This document shows, piece by piece, positions 46,886-57,201 of a stretch of DNA of 64,000 bases. The notes under the pieces are model-generated. The model had not been told where the DNA came from, did not search any database, and saw only the letters and a program-made list of their open reading frames with translations. The stretch spans positions 19,132-83,131 of the forward strand of contig CAVSQR010000077.1 in assembly GCA_963729825.1 (NCBI GenBank), written 5' to 3'. The DNA comes from an uncultured delta proteobacterium. Lineage in GTDB: Bacteria > Desulfobacterota > Desulfobulbia > Desulfobulbales > SURF-16. The position numbers and the translations under genes are program-made. Positions within the stretch are counted from its first letter, which is position 1. Every line of letters starts with the position of its first letter.

Positions 46886-48922
46886 GTGAAATCATCCCGC
46901 CAATATCCGCTTTCATCCCTCATTGTCCTTGTTGCCGTCATGCTGACCGGGGCTTTTCTGTTGATGTCCACCCATTTCTATTTCCATCATCTGTTGGCCC
47001 AACTTGAAAAAACCGTTGCCAATGAAAGGGCGAGACGCATTATCGGGGAACAGATAGTCAGCGACCTGCAGCAGGCAAGCACCCAGTTTTACCAGATGCT
47101 TGCTGAAGTGCGGGTAGAAAAACGTAAATTTACCCAAGACCTCATCCAACAGGAACTTGCGGATATCCGCGCCGCACTCAAGGTTATTGAGGTTGGCGGT
47201 GTCTTTCATAAGGCGATCCAGCTGCATTCTTCGCAAGAAGAAAAAGTGATTGACGAAATCACCTACAAAAAGACCGACAAGGAAAGGTATCTGGTCGAGT
47301 TGCTGGAGATCAACCCTCTTCTTCCTGAAATTGACGAGAAAGTGGTGATACTTGAAAATCTGCTGCGCCAACGTGATGCTCTTCAGGAATCTGCCGGGCA
47401 AAACGGTGATCTGTTCCAGATCCAGCAGGAACTTCATGGATTTCTCAAAAATACGGAACCCCTTTTCAGCAAAATCAGCGAAGCGGGTAACCGTATCTAT
47501 TATACCAATACGAAACGGCTGCAGGAACTGGACACGGATGAGAAAGCTCTCGCCAAGAAATACCAGCTGGTGGAATTGGCCATTTTTATTACCATCTTTA
47601 CCATCACCTTCTCCTTGTTTTTTGCCCTGGCCCAGAAAATTCTCACCATCAACAAGAAACTGCAGCAGGAAATCCTGGAAAAAGGACAGGCCGAAGATCT
47701 CATCAGCCGGGCGAAACAGGAGTGGGAGCGGACATTTGATGCAGTACCGGACCCCATTGTGCTGCTCGACAAAGAACACCGCATTATCCGTCTCAACAAA
47801 GCCATGGCGTCGCTGGTGGGCAAACCGGTGGCGCAATGCGTCGGCTTGAAATGTTATCAGGTCATGCACGGGACTGACAGCCCCCCTTCATATTGCCCGC
47901 ATTCCCTGCTGATCAATGATCTCAGAGAGCACAAAACCGTTCAGTTCATGGATCTTTTCGGTATTTTTTTTGAAATTTCCGTTTCCCCCCTGTTCAATCG
48001 CGAAGGGGAACTCATCGGCTCCGTTCATATCGCCCGTGATATCACCGACCAGAAACAGGCGGAAAATGCCCTGTATAAAGCCAATGAGGAACTGGAGCAG
48101 AAGGTCGAGCAAAGAACGATCGTCCTGAAAAGATTCATCGATGAACTGCAGTACGAAATATCAAACCGCATCAAGGCCGAGGAGGCCCTTTTCCAGACCC
48201 AGCACCAGCTTCTGCACGCCGAGAAACTCAGTGCCATCGGCAAACTCTCCGCCTCAATCGCCCATGAGTTCAACAATCCCCTTTTTGCTGTCATTAATAT
48301 TCTCAGCGGGGTGCAGCAACACGAATCCCTCTCCCCGCAGAATGAGAGGATGCTTGAACTGGCTATCCAGGAATGCGACAGAATGAAGATGCTGATCCAG
48401 AACCTGCGTGATTTTAACCGTCCGTCCACCGGGGTCCATGTAGCCACCGATATCCACCTGACCATCGACAACATGCTGCTGCTGTGCAAAAAAGAGTTCA
48501 CCGACAGAAAAATTAAGGTTGAAAAGAATTTCGCCGTCAACATGCCGGCGATCCTGGTGGTGAAAGACCAGATCTGCCAGGTGCTCCTCAATCTCCTGAC
48601 CAATGCCCGCGATGCCTGTAAAAACGGCGGGGCCATCAAAATCAGTACCGAAGTGCTCGACAAGCGGGTGGCCATCAGCGTGGAAGACAGCGGCTGCGGT
48701 ATTGAGCCTGATCATCTGCACAAGATATTCAAAGCCTTTTTCACCACCAAACAGGAACTTTCCGGAACAGGATTGGGGCTTGCCGTTTCGCTGGGCATTA
48801 TCGAAAAGCATGGAGGAACGATCTCAGTGAATTCACAACTGCAGAAGGGCAGCGTCTTTACCGTCACCCTGCCGATCATCCCGGAAAATGATGATCTGAG
48901 CGAATATCGCATTCTCATCTGA
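46886..48922 (+). CDS. sensor histidine kinase (TM/sensor region, PAS, HisKA, HATPase_c)
   Basis: 678 aa. PAS region with Cys-rich pocket, H-box SASIAHEFNNPL, N-box LLNLLTNARDA and G-boxes EDSGCGI / GTGLGLAVS. Confidence 0.85.
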   Translation: MKSSRQYPLSSLIVLVAVMLTGAFLLMSTHFYFHHLLAQLEKTVANERARRIIGEQIVSDLQQASTQFYQMLAEVRVEKRKFTQDLIQQELADIRAALKVIEVGGVFHKAIQLHSSQEEKVIDEITYKKTDKERYLVELLEINPLLPEIDEKVVILENLLRQRDALQESAGQNGDLFQIQQELHGFLKNTEPLFSKISEAGNRIYYTNTKRLQELDTDEKALAKKYQLVELAIFITIFTITFSLFFALAQKILTINKKLQQEILEKGQAEDLISRAKQEWERTFDAVPDPIVLLDKEHRIIRLNKAMASLVGKPVAQCVGLKCYQVMHGTDSPPSYCPHSLLINDLREHKTVQFMDLFGIFFEISVSPLFNREGELIGSVHIARDITDQKQAENALYKANEELEQKVEQRTIVLKRFIDELQYEISNRIKAEEALFQTQHQLLHAEKLSAIGKLSASIAHEFNNPLFAVINILSGVQQHESLSPQNERMLELAIQECDRMKMLIQNLRDFNRPSTGVHVATDIHLTIDNMLLLCKKEFTDRKIKVEKNFAVNMPAILVVKDQICQVLLNLLTNARDACKNGGAIKISTEVLDKRVAISVEDSGCGIEPDHLHKIFKAFFTTKQELSGTGLGLAVSLGIIEKHGGTISVNSQLQKGSVFTVTLPIIPENDDLSEYRILI

Positions 48923-48965
48923 AACCGTTCGATCAGCGAAGATGTTCGGGTTCCGCGGGCCAGGC

Positions 48966-49749
48966 TCAAAAAAATAGCGTAACGGCAAGCCAGCCCAGGG
49001 CCTCGCCAAACTCGCAACTCGCACCCAGTACATCTCCCGTGACCCCGCCCAGCAGTTCATGGGCGCGGTATCGCAGCCAGAAAGACGGCACCATGGTGAC
49101 GTAAAAAACCGCGGCAAGGCCTATCAGGATGGAAGCTTGCGCGCCCCCCGCCGCCAGCACCGGCAGCAGAAACCCAAAGCCGATCAGGATCTCCTTGGCC
49201 GTTATCTGGCCGACAAACATCTGCCCGGTTCCGTTTTTGCGGGGATAACGGCTTTTCCAGGCCAGGGTCATCATGGCCCAGCGGGAAGCTGCCGGCACAA
49301 AGGCAAGACAGACAAAGAGAACAAAGGTGGAAAAATCCTGCCAGGTCTGCACCAGAGTGAGCAGCGAAGAAAGACCGGCGGTTTTTAACAGCAGAACCAG
49401 GCACAATACCCACCACCCCGAAAGCGCCGGTGGCGGAATCCTTCATGATGGCCAGTCTTTTTTCCGCCTCAAAGCTGCCGCCCAGGCCGTCAAACAGGTC
49501 CGCCACCCCATCAAGATGCAGTCCCCTGGTCAGCCAGGCCTCAAAGGCAACGAGCAGCACCGCGCAGGCAAAAGGATCAAGCCCCACCACCAGCAGCAGC
49601 CACCCGCAGCCGGCCATTGCCACCCCGATTATCCAGCCGGCAAGGGGAAAGAATGCCCCGCTCCGCGCGACGTTTTCCTGGGTCACTCCGTTAAGTTTTA
49701 CCGGAATAATAGTCAAAAAAGATATGGCAACCGCAATGGAGCGCAGCAT
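48966..49749 (-). pseudogene. cobS: adenosylcobinamide-GDP ribazoletransferase CobS, one frameshift near 49402
   Basis: ORFs 49057..49749 and 48966..49406 join as ..GAFGVVGIV|LVLLLKTAGLSSL.. N-terminus FLTIIPV..., HLDGVADLFDGLGG motif. Confidence 0.8.
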
Positions 49750-49780
49750 GGGCTTGTTCCTTGTCTCATCGCACCGGTTA

Positions 49781-50842
49781 TCAGGCGCTCACCCCGGCCT
49801 CGGCAAAGGTGGCCATCTCATTTATAATTTTCACCCCGGCCTCGATGATGCCCATGGCCAGAGCGGCTCCGGTCCCTTCCCCGAGCCGCATGTCCAGGTT
49901 GAGGATGGGGGCAAGGCCAAGCTTTTCAAAAAAAATGCGGTGTCCCTGTTCAGCCGACATATGGCTGAAAAAACAATAATCAGCCACATGTTGTTCCAGC
50001 TGCAAAGCAACCAGGGCCCCGGCGCTTGAAATAAAACCGTCCACCACCACCGCCACCCGGCTGCGGGCACATTCCAGAATCATGCCGCAGATGGCGGCGA
50101 TCTCAAACCCGCCCAAGGCAGCCAGGGTGTCCAGCGGACCATGGAGATGCTCTTGGTTGATCGCAAGTGCTCGCTTGATCACCTCGATCTTGTGATTGAG
50201 GGTGGCATCATCGATGCCGGTTCCCCGGCCGGTAATTTCTTCCACCCGCACACCAAGCAGGGCGGCAAAAAGGGCGGCCGACGGCGTGGTGTTGGCGATC
50301 CCCATCTCGCCCGTTCCCAGAATCCTCGCCCCTTTGCTGATGGCCTCCCGGGCGGTTTCCGCGCCAACGCCAATGGCCTGCAATGCCTCATCGATCTTCA
50401 TGGCCGGGCCTTTGGCCAGGTTTGCCGTACCGGCTTTCACCTTACGCGAGAGCAGGCCTTCTTCGTTCATCTCCGCGGCCACGCCGACATCGATAACCCA
50501 CACCTCTGCGCCCACATGACGCGCCAGCACATTGACCCCGGCCCCGCCCCGCAGAAAATTAGAGACCATCTGCCGGGTGACGTCCTGGGGCACGCTGCTC
50601 ACCCCCTCTTCCGCCACCCCGTGATCCCCGGCAAAGGTGAGGATAACCTTGCGGCCCAAGTCCGGCCGGATAGTGTTCTGGATCCCGCATATCCGCCTGG
50701 CCAGCACTTCAAGCTCCCCCAGGCTTCCCCTGGGTTTGGTCAGATTGTCCAGGCGGGCCTGGGCCTGCTCCATCATCTGCCGGTCTACCGGCTGAATTTC
50801 CTGTAACCACGCGGCCAGTTCATCCCTGTTGGTCAGTAGCAT
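49781..50842 (-). CDS. cobT: nicotinate-nucleotide--dimethylbenzimidazole phosphoribosyltransferase CobT
   Basis: 353 aa. LTKP.GSLG.LE, FAGDHGV, GEMGIANTT and LDM.LGEGTGAALA motifs. Confidence 0.9.
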   Translation of the reverse strand: MLLTNRDELAAWLQEIQPVDRQMMEQAQARLDNLTKPRGSLGELEVLARRICGIQNTIRPDLGRKVILTFAGDHGVAEEGVSSVPQDVTRQMVSNFLRGGAGVNVLARHVGAEVWVIDVGVAAEMNEEGLLSRKVKAGTANLAKGPAMKIDEALQAIGVGAETAREAISKGARILGTGEMGIANTTPSAALFAALLGVRVEEITGRGTGIDDATLNHKIEVIKRALAINQEHLHGPLDTLAALGGFEIAAICGMILECARSRVAVVVDGFISSAGALVALQLEQHVADYCFFSHMSAEQGHRIFFEKLGLAPILNLDMRLGEGTGAALAMGIIEAGVKIINEMATFAEAGVSA

Positions 50843-50850
50843 ATTTCCTC

Positions 50851-51654
50851 TTATCTCTTCTGCTGTTGATAGTGAAGCCAGCTTTCTTCAAGATGTTTTA
50901 AGGAGGCCTGCAGCTCAGCGCTGCGATAAACCTCCAGGGTTACCACCCCGGTAAAGCCTGCGGCATGCAAAACCTGACCGAGACGGTTGGAGCAGGCCTG
51001 CTGTTCCGGCCCCAAGGCCTGATGGTCCCTGCCGTCTCTTATCCCGTGATAATGAATATGGGCGGCCCTGGGGATATCGGCAAAAAGGGTATCCGGCTCC
51101 TCGCCATAAAAAAGGCCATGGCCGATATCCGCGCACAGGGCAAAACCGTGCTCTCGCACCAGCGGCCGCACCTCGTTGAAAGGATAGTTAATATTTTCTA
51201 TGGCCACCAGCGCCCTTTCCAGGCCGAGATCTTTTTTGAGCCTGCCGAGGAAATCATCAATATTGCCAAGCCATTGGTCCCTGGCAAGCCCCGGTTGTAA
51301 GGCGAGATGCAGATCATAACAAAGGGGCCGAAGCGGGGCGAGCTCAGCCATCAAGCGGACAATTTCATCAACCGCCGATTGCCTTAGGGCTTCTTCACTG
51401 CTGCCGGGCTGGATATCAGAGGGGAGATGAACGGTATAACTGAGATCATGCTCCTGCGCCAGTCCCTGCAGCAGGTTGACATCGACCTGCTGCGGCAGGC
51501 GGCATTGACCGGGAGATTCGAAAAAAAGCAGCTGGATATCATCGACGCGGTCTGCCAGGTATCTGACATTCTCCTCAATGCCGGCGGGAATGACAAAGGA
51601 GGTGGCGCCGATCCTCCAGGGAAAGCTTCCTTTAATCTTCACCATGTCCGGCAC
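50851..51654 (-). CDS. xylose isomerase-like TIM-barrel (AP endonuclease 2 superfamily) protein, possible cobamide-remodelling phosphodiesterase CbiR
   Basis: 267 aa with a sugar-phosphate isomerase/epimerase-like pattern (..HLP.., ..ENI.., DIGH.., HYHG). It sits directly upstream of cobT-cobS in the same orientation. The CbiR call rests on context plus superfamily only. Confidence 0.45.
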   Translation of the reverse strand: MPDMVKIKGSFPWRIGATSFVIPAGIEENVRYLADRVDDIQLLFFESPGQCRLPQQVDVNLLQGLAQEHDLSYTVHLPSDIQPGSSEEALRQSAVDEIVRLMAELAPLRPLCYDLHLALQPGLARDQWLGNIDDFLGRLKKDLGLERALVAIENINYPFNEVRPLVREHGFALCADIGHGLFYGEEPDTLFADIPRAAHIHYHGIRDGRDHQALGPEQQACSNRLGQVLHAAGFTGVVTLEVYRSAELQASLKHLEESWLHYQQQKR

Positions 51655-52432
51655 AGTCCTTCAGGGTGATCAACTCACCGGCCCTGTCCTGCCAGGCCAG
51701 CGAGATGCCGGTCAAGGCCTCTTTCCCTGATTTCAAGGCGGCGGCAACTGTATCATAGGCCAGGTCAGGATGATTATTGGTTTCGCTGAGATGGGCAAGC
51801 ACCACATGCTGCAGGCCGTCATGCAGGAGATCGGCCACAAAGCGGGCCGCCTCCTCATTGGCAAGATGTCCGTGGCTGGAACGAACCCTCTGCTGCAGAT
51901 GGAGAGGATAGGGGCCGTTTTTCAGCATGACGGGATCATGGTTGCATTCGATAATCAGCCCGTTGCAGCCTGCCAGGCGATGCTGGATCAGCCGTGACAC
52001 CATGCCCGTATCCGTGCAGTAACCGAGTGCGCAGGAGCCGTTTTCAATGACAAAGCCCACGGGATCGACACAATCATGGCATACGGCAAAGGGATGGATA
52101 TGGAAATGATGGAGAGGAAAGCTTGAGCCGGTTTGGAATTCGCAAATGGCAGGAACAGCGCCGAGGCTTTTTGCCGCCGCGGCAAGGGTGCCTTTATTGG
52201 CATAGATCGGCAGCTTGTATTTGCGGGCCAGAACGGCAGCCCCTTTGATATGATCGCTGTGGGCATGGGTGAGCAGGATGGCGGCAAGGGAGGCGGTTTC
52301 CACGCCGATGGCGGCAAGCCTTCGCTCGATCTCCACCCCGGAGAAGCCGCTGTCAATGAGCAGGGCCCTGCCCTGGGCCGCAACATAGGTGGCATTGCCT
52401 TTACTGCCGCTGCCAAGTACGCAAAACTGCAT
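51632..52432 (-). CDS. MBL-fold metallo-hydrolase
   Basis: 266 aa. LGSGSKGN and THAHSDH (HxHxDH) motifs. Confidence 0.8.
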   Translation of the reverse strand: MQFCVLGSGSKGNATYVAAQGRALLIDSGFSGVEIERRLAAIGVETASLAAILLTHAHSDHIKGAAVLARKYKLPIYANKGTLAAAAKSLGAVPAICEFQTGSSFPLHHFHIHPFAVCHDCVDPVGFVIENGSCALGYCTDTGMVSRLIQHRLAGCNGLIIECNHDPVMLKNGPYPLHLQQRVRSSHGHLANEEAARFVADLLHDGLQHVVLAHLSETNNHPDLAYDTVAAALKSGKEALTGISLAWQDRAGELITLKDCAGHGED

Positions 52433-52492
52433 CAGTCATTCCCCGATGATCTTACCGGGGTGCCGGCCCGGACAAAACAGTTGGCCGGGCAA

Positions 52493-52954
52493 TCAGATGC
52501 CGGAATGGCCGAACCCGCCATCGCCCCGCCCGGTCTCGTCCAGGGCCGTTACCGCCAGTACCTGAGCCCGGCAGACCGGGGCCAGTACCAGCTGGGCAAT
52601 CCGGTCGCCCCGGTTGATGGTAAATGTTTTCCTGCCGAGATTGATCAACCCCACTTTCACCTCGCCGCGGTAATCCGCATCGATGGTGCCGGGACTGTTG
52701 ATCACCGTGATGCCATGTTTGATGGCAAGACCGCTGCGGGGCCGCACCTGCAACTCAAAACCCGGTGGAATGGCCACGGCAAAACCCGTGGGCACCATAC
52801 AGATATCCCCCGGCGCCAGGCACAGGGGTTCACGCAGCGCACTGGCCACATCCATGCCGGCGGCCAGGTCCGAGTGGTAGGCGGGTAAAGGCAGATCAGC
52901 GCATTGCTCCGGATCGAGCCAGCGCAGGGAAAGAGTAAGCTGTTTTTGCATCAT
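52493..52954 (-). CDS. dut: dUTP diphosphatase
   Basis: AAGMDV, RSGLA.KHGI...[12 protein letters not shown] and GDRIAQLV motifs. ATG 52954 was chosen because the longer ORF overlaps the upstream peptidase gene. Confidence 0.85.
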   Translation of the reverse strand: MMQKQLTLSLRWLDPEQCADLPLPAYHSDLAAGMDVASALREPLCLAPGDICMVPTGFAVAIPPGFELQVRPRSGLAIKHGITVINSPGTIDADYRGEVKVGLINLGRKTFTINRGDRIAQLVLAPVCRAQVLAVTALDETGRGDGGFGHSGI

Positions 52955-53003
52955 CCTGATTATTCCGCTGTGCCGCTGAGGCTGCTCCCGCCTGCTGGCT
53001 GCG

Positions 53004-54284
53004 CTACGAACCGGCTCTGCCGGCAAGAAGATTCCACTGTACATCCTTCTCCGCTACGGGGCCGAGCACCGCGGTGGTCATTCCCCTGCCGAAGAGCCCC
53101 CCGGCAAGATGACAAACATCTTCAACCGTTACCTGAGTCAGTCCGGCCACCACCTCATCAAAATCCACATCGCGGCCGAAATAGAGTTCATTTCTGGCGA
53201 TTCTGGTCATCCGCATCTCCAGATTATCGGCAGCGAGAAAAAGACCGGTCCTGGCATAATCCTTGGCATTGGCCAGTTCCGCAGCGGACACCGGGCCATG
53301 ACGCAACTTATCGAGTTCGTCTCTGATGACCGCCAGGGACCTGTTCACGTTATCCGGATTGACCCCCAGATAAATGCCCAGATAGCCACTGTCCGCATAG
53401 GCATCAAGATAGGAGTGCACTGAATAGGCCAGTCCCCGCTTTTCCCGTATCTCCTGAAAAAGTCTGGAACTCATATTGCCGCCCAGCAGGATATTGAGCA
53501 GCATCAGCCGGTAGCGTTCTTCGCTGGTGATGGGCATCCCATAGGTGCCCATGGTCACATGGACCTGTTCCAGGGGTTTGGTGAATATCTTACGGGTCAG
53601 CGGCAGTTCATGGGGTTCCTTGCGTTTGCGAGCATCAACGTCCTGCCGCTGCAGAGAGGCAAAGCAAGCGGCTATCAGATCACAGAACTCCTGATGTTGC
53701 ACGTTGCCCGCTGCGGCAAAAACAATACGATCAGGGGTATAGAATGTTTTCACATGGTCAAGCAGTTTCTGCCGGTCCATGCGGGAGACAACCTCCATCG
53801 GACCCAGAATGGTATTACCCAAAGGGTGATGGCCCCAGAGCAGCCCCTCAAACAGCTCATGCACCTGCTCTTCGGGGGTGTCTTCCACCATGCTGATTTC
53901 CTGCATGATAACCTGGCGCTCCCGCTCTATCTCCTCCTCGGCAAAGAGCGAGTTGAGGAAAAAATCGGCAAGCAGGTCGATAAAACGGGGCAGCTGGCTG
54001 TCGAGCACCATCCCGTAGTAGCAGGTGGCGTCCTTGCTGGTAAAGGCATTGGACACGCCGCCAAGCACATCGAGTTCCATGGCAATCTGACTGGCGGAGC
54101 GGCTCGGGGTGCCTTTAAAAAGCATATGCTCGACAAAGTGGGAACAGCCGTTGGTCAGATCATGCTCATCCCGCGCCCCGACATCCACCCAGATGCCGAC
54201 ACAGACCGTTTTGGCATGGGGTATGTGCTCACTGACCACACGTACCCCATTGGCAAAAACCGTTTTATGATGCATTGGCGGCAA
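53004..54284 (-). CDS. M16 family (pitrilysin/insulinase-like) zinc peptidase
   Basis: 426 aa with inverted zinc motif [11 protein letters not shown] (HxxEH). Confidence 0.85.
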   Translation of the reverse strand: MPPMHHKTVFANGVRVVSEHIPHAKTVCVGIWVDVGARDEHDLTNGCSHFVEHMLFKGTPSRSASQIAMELDVLGGVSNAFTSKDATCYYGMVLDSQLPRFIDLLADFFLNSLFAEEEIERERQVIMQEISMVEDTPEEQVHELFEGLLWGHHPLGNTILGPMEVVSRMDRQKLLDHVKTFYTPDRIVFAAAGNVQHQEFCDLIAACFASLQRQDVDARKRKEPHELPLTRKIFTKPLEQVHVTMGTYGMPITSEERYRLMLLNILLGGNMSSRLFQEIREKRGLAYSVHSYLDAYADSGYLGIYLGVNPDNVNRSLAVIRDELDKLRHGPVSAAELANAKDYARTGLFLAADNLEMRMTRIARNELYFGRDVDFDEVVAGLTQVTVEDVCHLAGGLFGRGMTTAVLGPVAEKDVQWNLLAGRAGS

Positions 54285-54290
54285 GGATTT

Positions 54291-56384
54291 TTAACCCGCC
54301 AGCTCTGCCATGGCGGCCTTGCGGCTGAGGCGGATCTTGCCCCGCTGGTCCACGTTGAGAACCTTGACCATGACCTCGTCGCCTTCCTTCAGGATGTCCG
54401 ACACCTTCTCCACCCTCTTGTCTTCCAGCTCAGAGATATGAACCAGACCGTCGGTTCCGGGCAGAATCTCGACAAAGGCGCCGAAATCGACAATCTTCTG
54501 CACGGTGCCTTTGTAGATCTTGCCGATTTCCACCTCTGCCGTGATCTCGTGCACCCGGTCATAGACCTGCTGGCCGACAATACCGTCAGGGGCGAAAATC
54601 ATGACCTTACCGGAATCTTCAACATCGATCTTCACGCCGTATTCCGCGGTAATGGCCTTAATCATCTTGCCCCCGGGGCCGATAAGATCCCGGATCTTGT
54701 CAGGGTTGATCTGCATGGAAAAAATCTTCGGCGCATGCTCAGGCAGTTCCTCACGGGGCTCCTGAATAGCCTCGGCCATCTTCCCCAGGATATGCAGGCG
54801 ACCGGCTTTGGCCTGCTCCAGGGCTTTGGTCATGATCTCCCGGGAGATGCCTTCAATCTTGATATCCATCTGCAGGGCGGTGATACCGTCAGCCGTGCCG
54901 CACACCTTGAAATCCATATCGCCGAGATGATCTTCATCCCCTAAAATATCGGAGAGTACGGCAATGGTCTCGCCATCCTTGATCAGGCCCATGGCCACGC
55001 CGGAAACCGGCTTCTTGATGGGCACGCCGGCATCCATCAGGGAAAGGCAGCCGCCGCACACCGTGGCCATGGAGGAGGAACCGTTGGACTCCATCACATC
55101 GGAGACAATGCGGATCGTATAGGGGAAGCTGCCCACATCCGGCAGCACCGCCTGGATGGCCCGGGTGGCCAGGGCGCCATGTCCGATATCCCTTCTGCTG
55201 GGTCCGCGCATGAAGCGAACCTCGCCGACACAGAAGGGGGGAAAGTTGTAGTGGAGCATGAAGGGCAGATTTTCCATGCCCCCCAGGGTCTCCACCCGCT
55301 GTTCATCCTCACCGCTGCCCAGGGTGGTGGAAACAAGGGCCTGGGTTTCGCCGCGGGTAAACAGGGCGGAACCATGGGCGCGGGGCAGGATGGCGATTTC
55401 GCTGCTGATGGGCCGGATATCGGCAAAACCGCGGCCGTCAATCCGCTTGCCTTGCTTGACGATCATGTCGCGCATCATGACCTTTTGCAGGTCATGGAGA
55501 ATTCCCTTGGCCGCACGGTGAGCGGCAAAGTCCTCGTCCTTTTCCAGTTCGGCAAAAACCTCCTTCTCCAGTTCCTGATAGAGATCCCCCCGCTTTATTT
55601 TGTCGGCGGTGGTAATCACCTGCTGCATGCCGGCGGTGGCGATCTCGGCGACCCTCTGCTGCAGGGCCTCATCAAGTACCGGCACTGCCACCTTGATCTG
55701 CTCGCGGCCTACCTCCTGACGCAGGGCCTCCTGAATGTCAAGCAGCGGCTGCAGTCCTTGATGACCGAAATAAATACCGGACAGCACCTCTTCCTCGGAG
55801 AGGTTGTCAGCCCCGCCCTCGACCATGACCACCGCATTGCGGCTGCCGGCCACGATCAGATCCATCCGGGACTTGGTCAGCTGTTCCTTGGAGGGATTGA
55901 GCACGTACTCCCCGTCAATATAGCCGACCCGCACCCCGGCAATCGGGCCGAGGAAGGGAATGTCGGAGACGGTCAAGGCGGCGGAGGCGCCTACCATGGC
56001 CATAATGTCAGGATCATTCTCCTTGTCGGCCGAAAGCACCATGGCAATGATCTGCGTTTCATTGGTATAGCCTGGGGCAAACAACGGCCGCAAAGGGCGA
56101 TCTATAAAACGGCAGGTCAAGGTTTCCTTCTCCGTAGGACGGCCGATTTCCCGGCGGAAGTAACTGCCGGGAATTCTTCCCACCGCGTAAAACCGTTCCT
56201 GATATTCCACGGTGAGCGGGAAGAAATCAATATCAGCCTTAGCCTCTTTTGCGGCAGTTGCCGTGACAAGAACAACGCTGTCCCCGTAGGCAACGACAAC
56301 CGCGCCATTTGCCTGCTTGGCAATTTTTCCGGTTTCAATGGATAAGATGCGTCCGCCTATTTCTACTTCAACTTTTTTATACAT
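54291..56384 (-). CDS. pnp: polyribonucleotide nucleotidyltransferase (PNPase)
   Basis: Two RNase PH domains, KH (IGPGGKMIK) and S1 (GKIYKGTVQKIVDFGAFVEILPGTDGLVHISEL). ATG 56384 (MYKKVEVEIGG). Confidence 0.95.
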   Translation of the reverse strand: MYKKVEVEIGGRILSIETGKIAKQANGAVVVAYGDSVVLVTATAAKEAKADIDFFPLTVEYQERFYAVGRIPGSYFRREIGRPTEKETLTCRFIDRPLRPLFAPGYTNETQIIAMVLSADKENDPDIMAMVGASAALTVSDIPFLGPIAGVRVGYIDGEYVLNPSKEQLTKSRMDLIVAGSRNAVVMVEGGADNLSEEEVLSGIYFGHQGLQPLLDIQEALRQEVGREQIKVAVPVLDEALQQRVAEIATAGMQQVITTADKIKRGDLYQELEKEVFAELEKDEDFAAHRAAKGILHDLQKVMMRDMIVKQGKRIDGRGFADIRPISSEIAILPRAHGSALFTRGETQALVSTTLGSGEDEQRVETLGGMENLPFMLHYNFPPFCVGEVRFMRGPSRRDIGHGALATRAIQAVLPDVGSFPYTIRIVSDVMESNGSSSMATVCGGCLSLMDAGVPIKKPVSGVAMGLIKDGETIAVLSDILGDEDHLGDMDFKVCGTADGITALQMDIKIEGISREIMTKALEQAKAGRLHILGKMAEAIQEPREELPEHAPKIFSMQINPDKIRDLIGPGGKMIKAITAEYGVKIDVEDSGKVMIFAPDGIVGQQVYDRVHEITAEVEIGKIYKGTVQKIVDFGAFVEILPGTDGLVHISELEDKRVEKVSDILKEGDEVMVKVLNVDQRGKIRLSRKAAMAELAG

Positions 56385-56559
56385 ACTTTCACCTTTCGGA
56401 TTACGAACTACGCCTGAACAATAAAGAGCAGGTTGAGCACCTGGGAACACAAGTTCAAAAGAGGATTTTCACCCTCAAGGGTATCAATGCGAGACAGTCA
56501 AACTTGATCCGAGTCGTCTGCACGGCGCTTCATTACTCAGGCCTAATTCGTAATCCTGA

Positions 56560-56600
56560 TTAAAATAATAAAAGTCCAGGATTCGCTATGAATCCTGGAC
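56560..56600 (-). terminator. intrinsic terminator in the rpsO-pnp intergenic region
   Basis: Perfect 11-bp stem GTCCAGGATTC / GAATCCTGGAC (56574-56584 / 56590-56600), followed on the minus strand by TTTTATTATTTT. Confidence 0.65.
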
Positions 56601-56790
56601 CATTTACAATATCTCTCCTGCCGCATGGCGGATGATAAAGATATTGCTCCAAAAATTGCCATTACCATCGGCAGACTCGCCACTGAAAGGCGCAGAGGAA
56701 ATACGATTCTCGCGCCATTTGCGGGGTCGATTTTTATCGGTTGCACCATTAAGCCGTTGTAAAAAAATAACATGGCCAGAGAAATGCGCG

Positions 56791-56882
56791 AAACGGCACT
56801 CTTTACAGTCCCCCTTGAGGGGTATAAGGAGCCGTAACGAAATTGAAAAAATGGCCATGTTATTGCGTAACGGCTCCTAAAG
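56791..56882 (+). repeat. Interspersed ~93-bp hairpin repeat, copy B (partner at 4935..5028)
   Basis: Same conserved 5' module and arms as copy A with a different loop. It lies 4 nt downstream of the rpsO stop. Confidence 0.8.
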
Positions 56883-56885
56883 AGC

Positions 56886-57155
56886 TTACTTGCGGATACC
56901 GAGTTCCTTGATGACCTGACGGTATCTATCCAGATTTTTGCCTTTCAGGTAGTTCAGCAACCTTCTTCTCTGACCGACAAGCTTCAACAGACCACGGCGA
57001 GAATGATGGTCCTTCTTATGGGTTTGAAAATGTTCGGTCAGGTAGGTAATCCGGGCGCTGAGCAGGGCGACCTGTACCTCAGGCGAGCCGGTATCATCTT
57101 TATGGGTTGCAAATTTCTCAATAATTTCTTGTTTCTGAACAGGTTCCAGCGACAC
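56886..57155 (-). CDS. rpsO: 30S ribosomal protein S15
   Basis: 89 aa. ..[46 protein letters not shown].. Confidence 0.95.
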   Translation of the reverse strand: MSLEPVQKQEIIEKFATHKDDTGSPEVQVALLSARITYLTEHFQTHKKDHHSRRGLLKLVGQRRRLLNYLKGKNLDRYRQVIKELGIRK

Positions 57156-57201
57156 GATTATATCCTCCTACAAAATAATAGACATTCGTTACATTAAGGT
57201 A

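Noticed and set aside
46913-47869. 318-aa minus-strand ORF
   Set aside because: It is antisense to the histidine kinase N-terminal region and has no recognisable domain. The plus-strand frame continues into the PAS/HisKA/HATPase domains.
53559-54944. 461-aa plus-strand ORF
   Set aside because: It is entirely antisense to the M16 peptidase and the pnp 3' end. Its composition is low-complexity and Gly/His/Leu/Asp-rich, typical of mirror frames in high-GC genes, and it has no motifs.
55179-56345. 388-aa plus-strand ORF
   Set aside because: It is antisense to pnp, which has unambiguous RNase PH/KH/S1 motifs on the minus strand.
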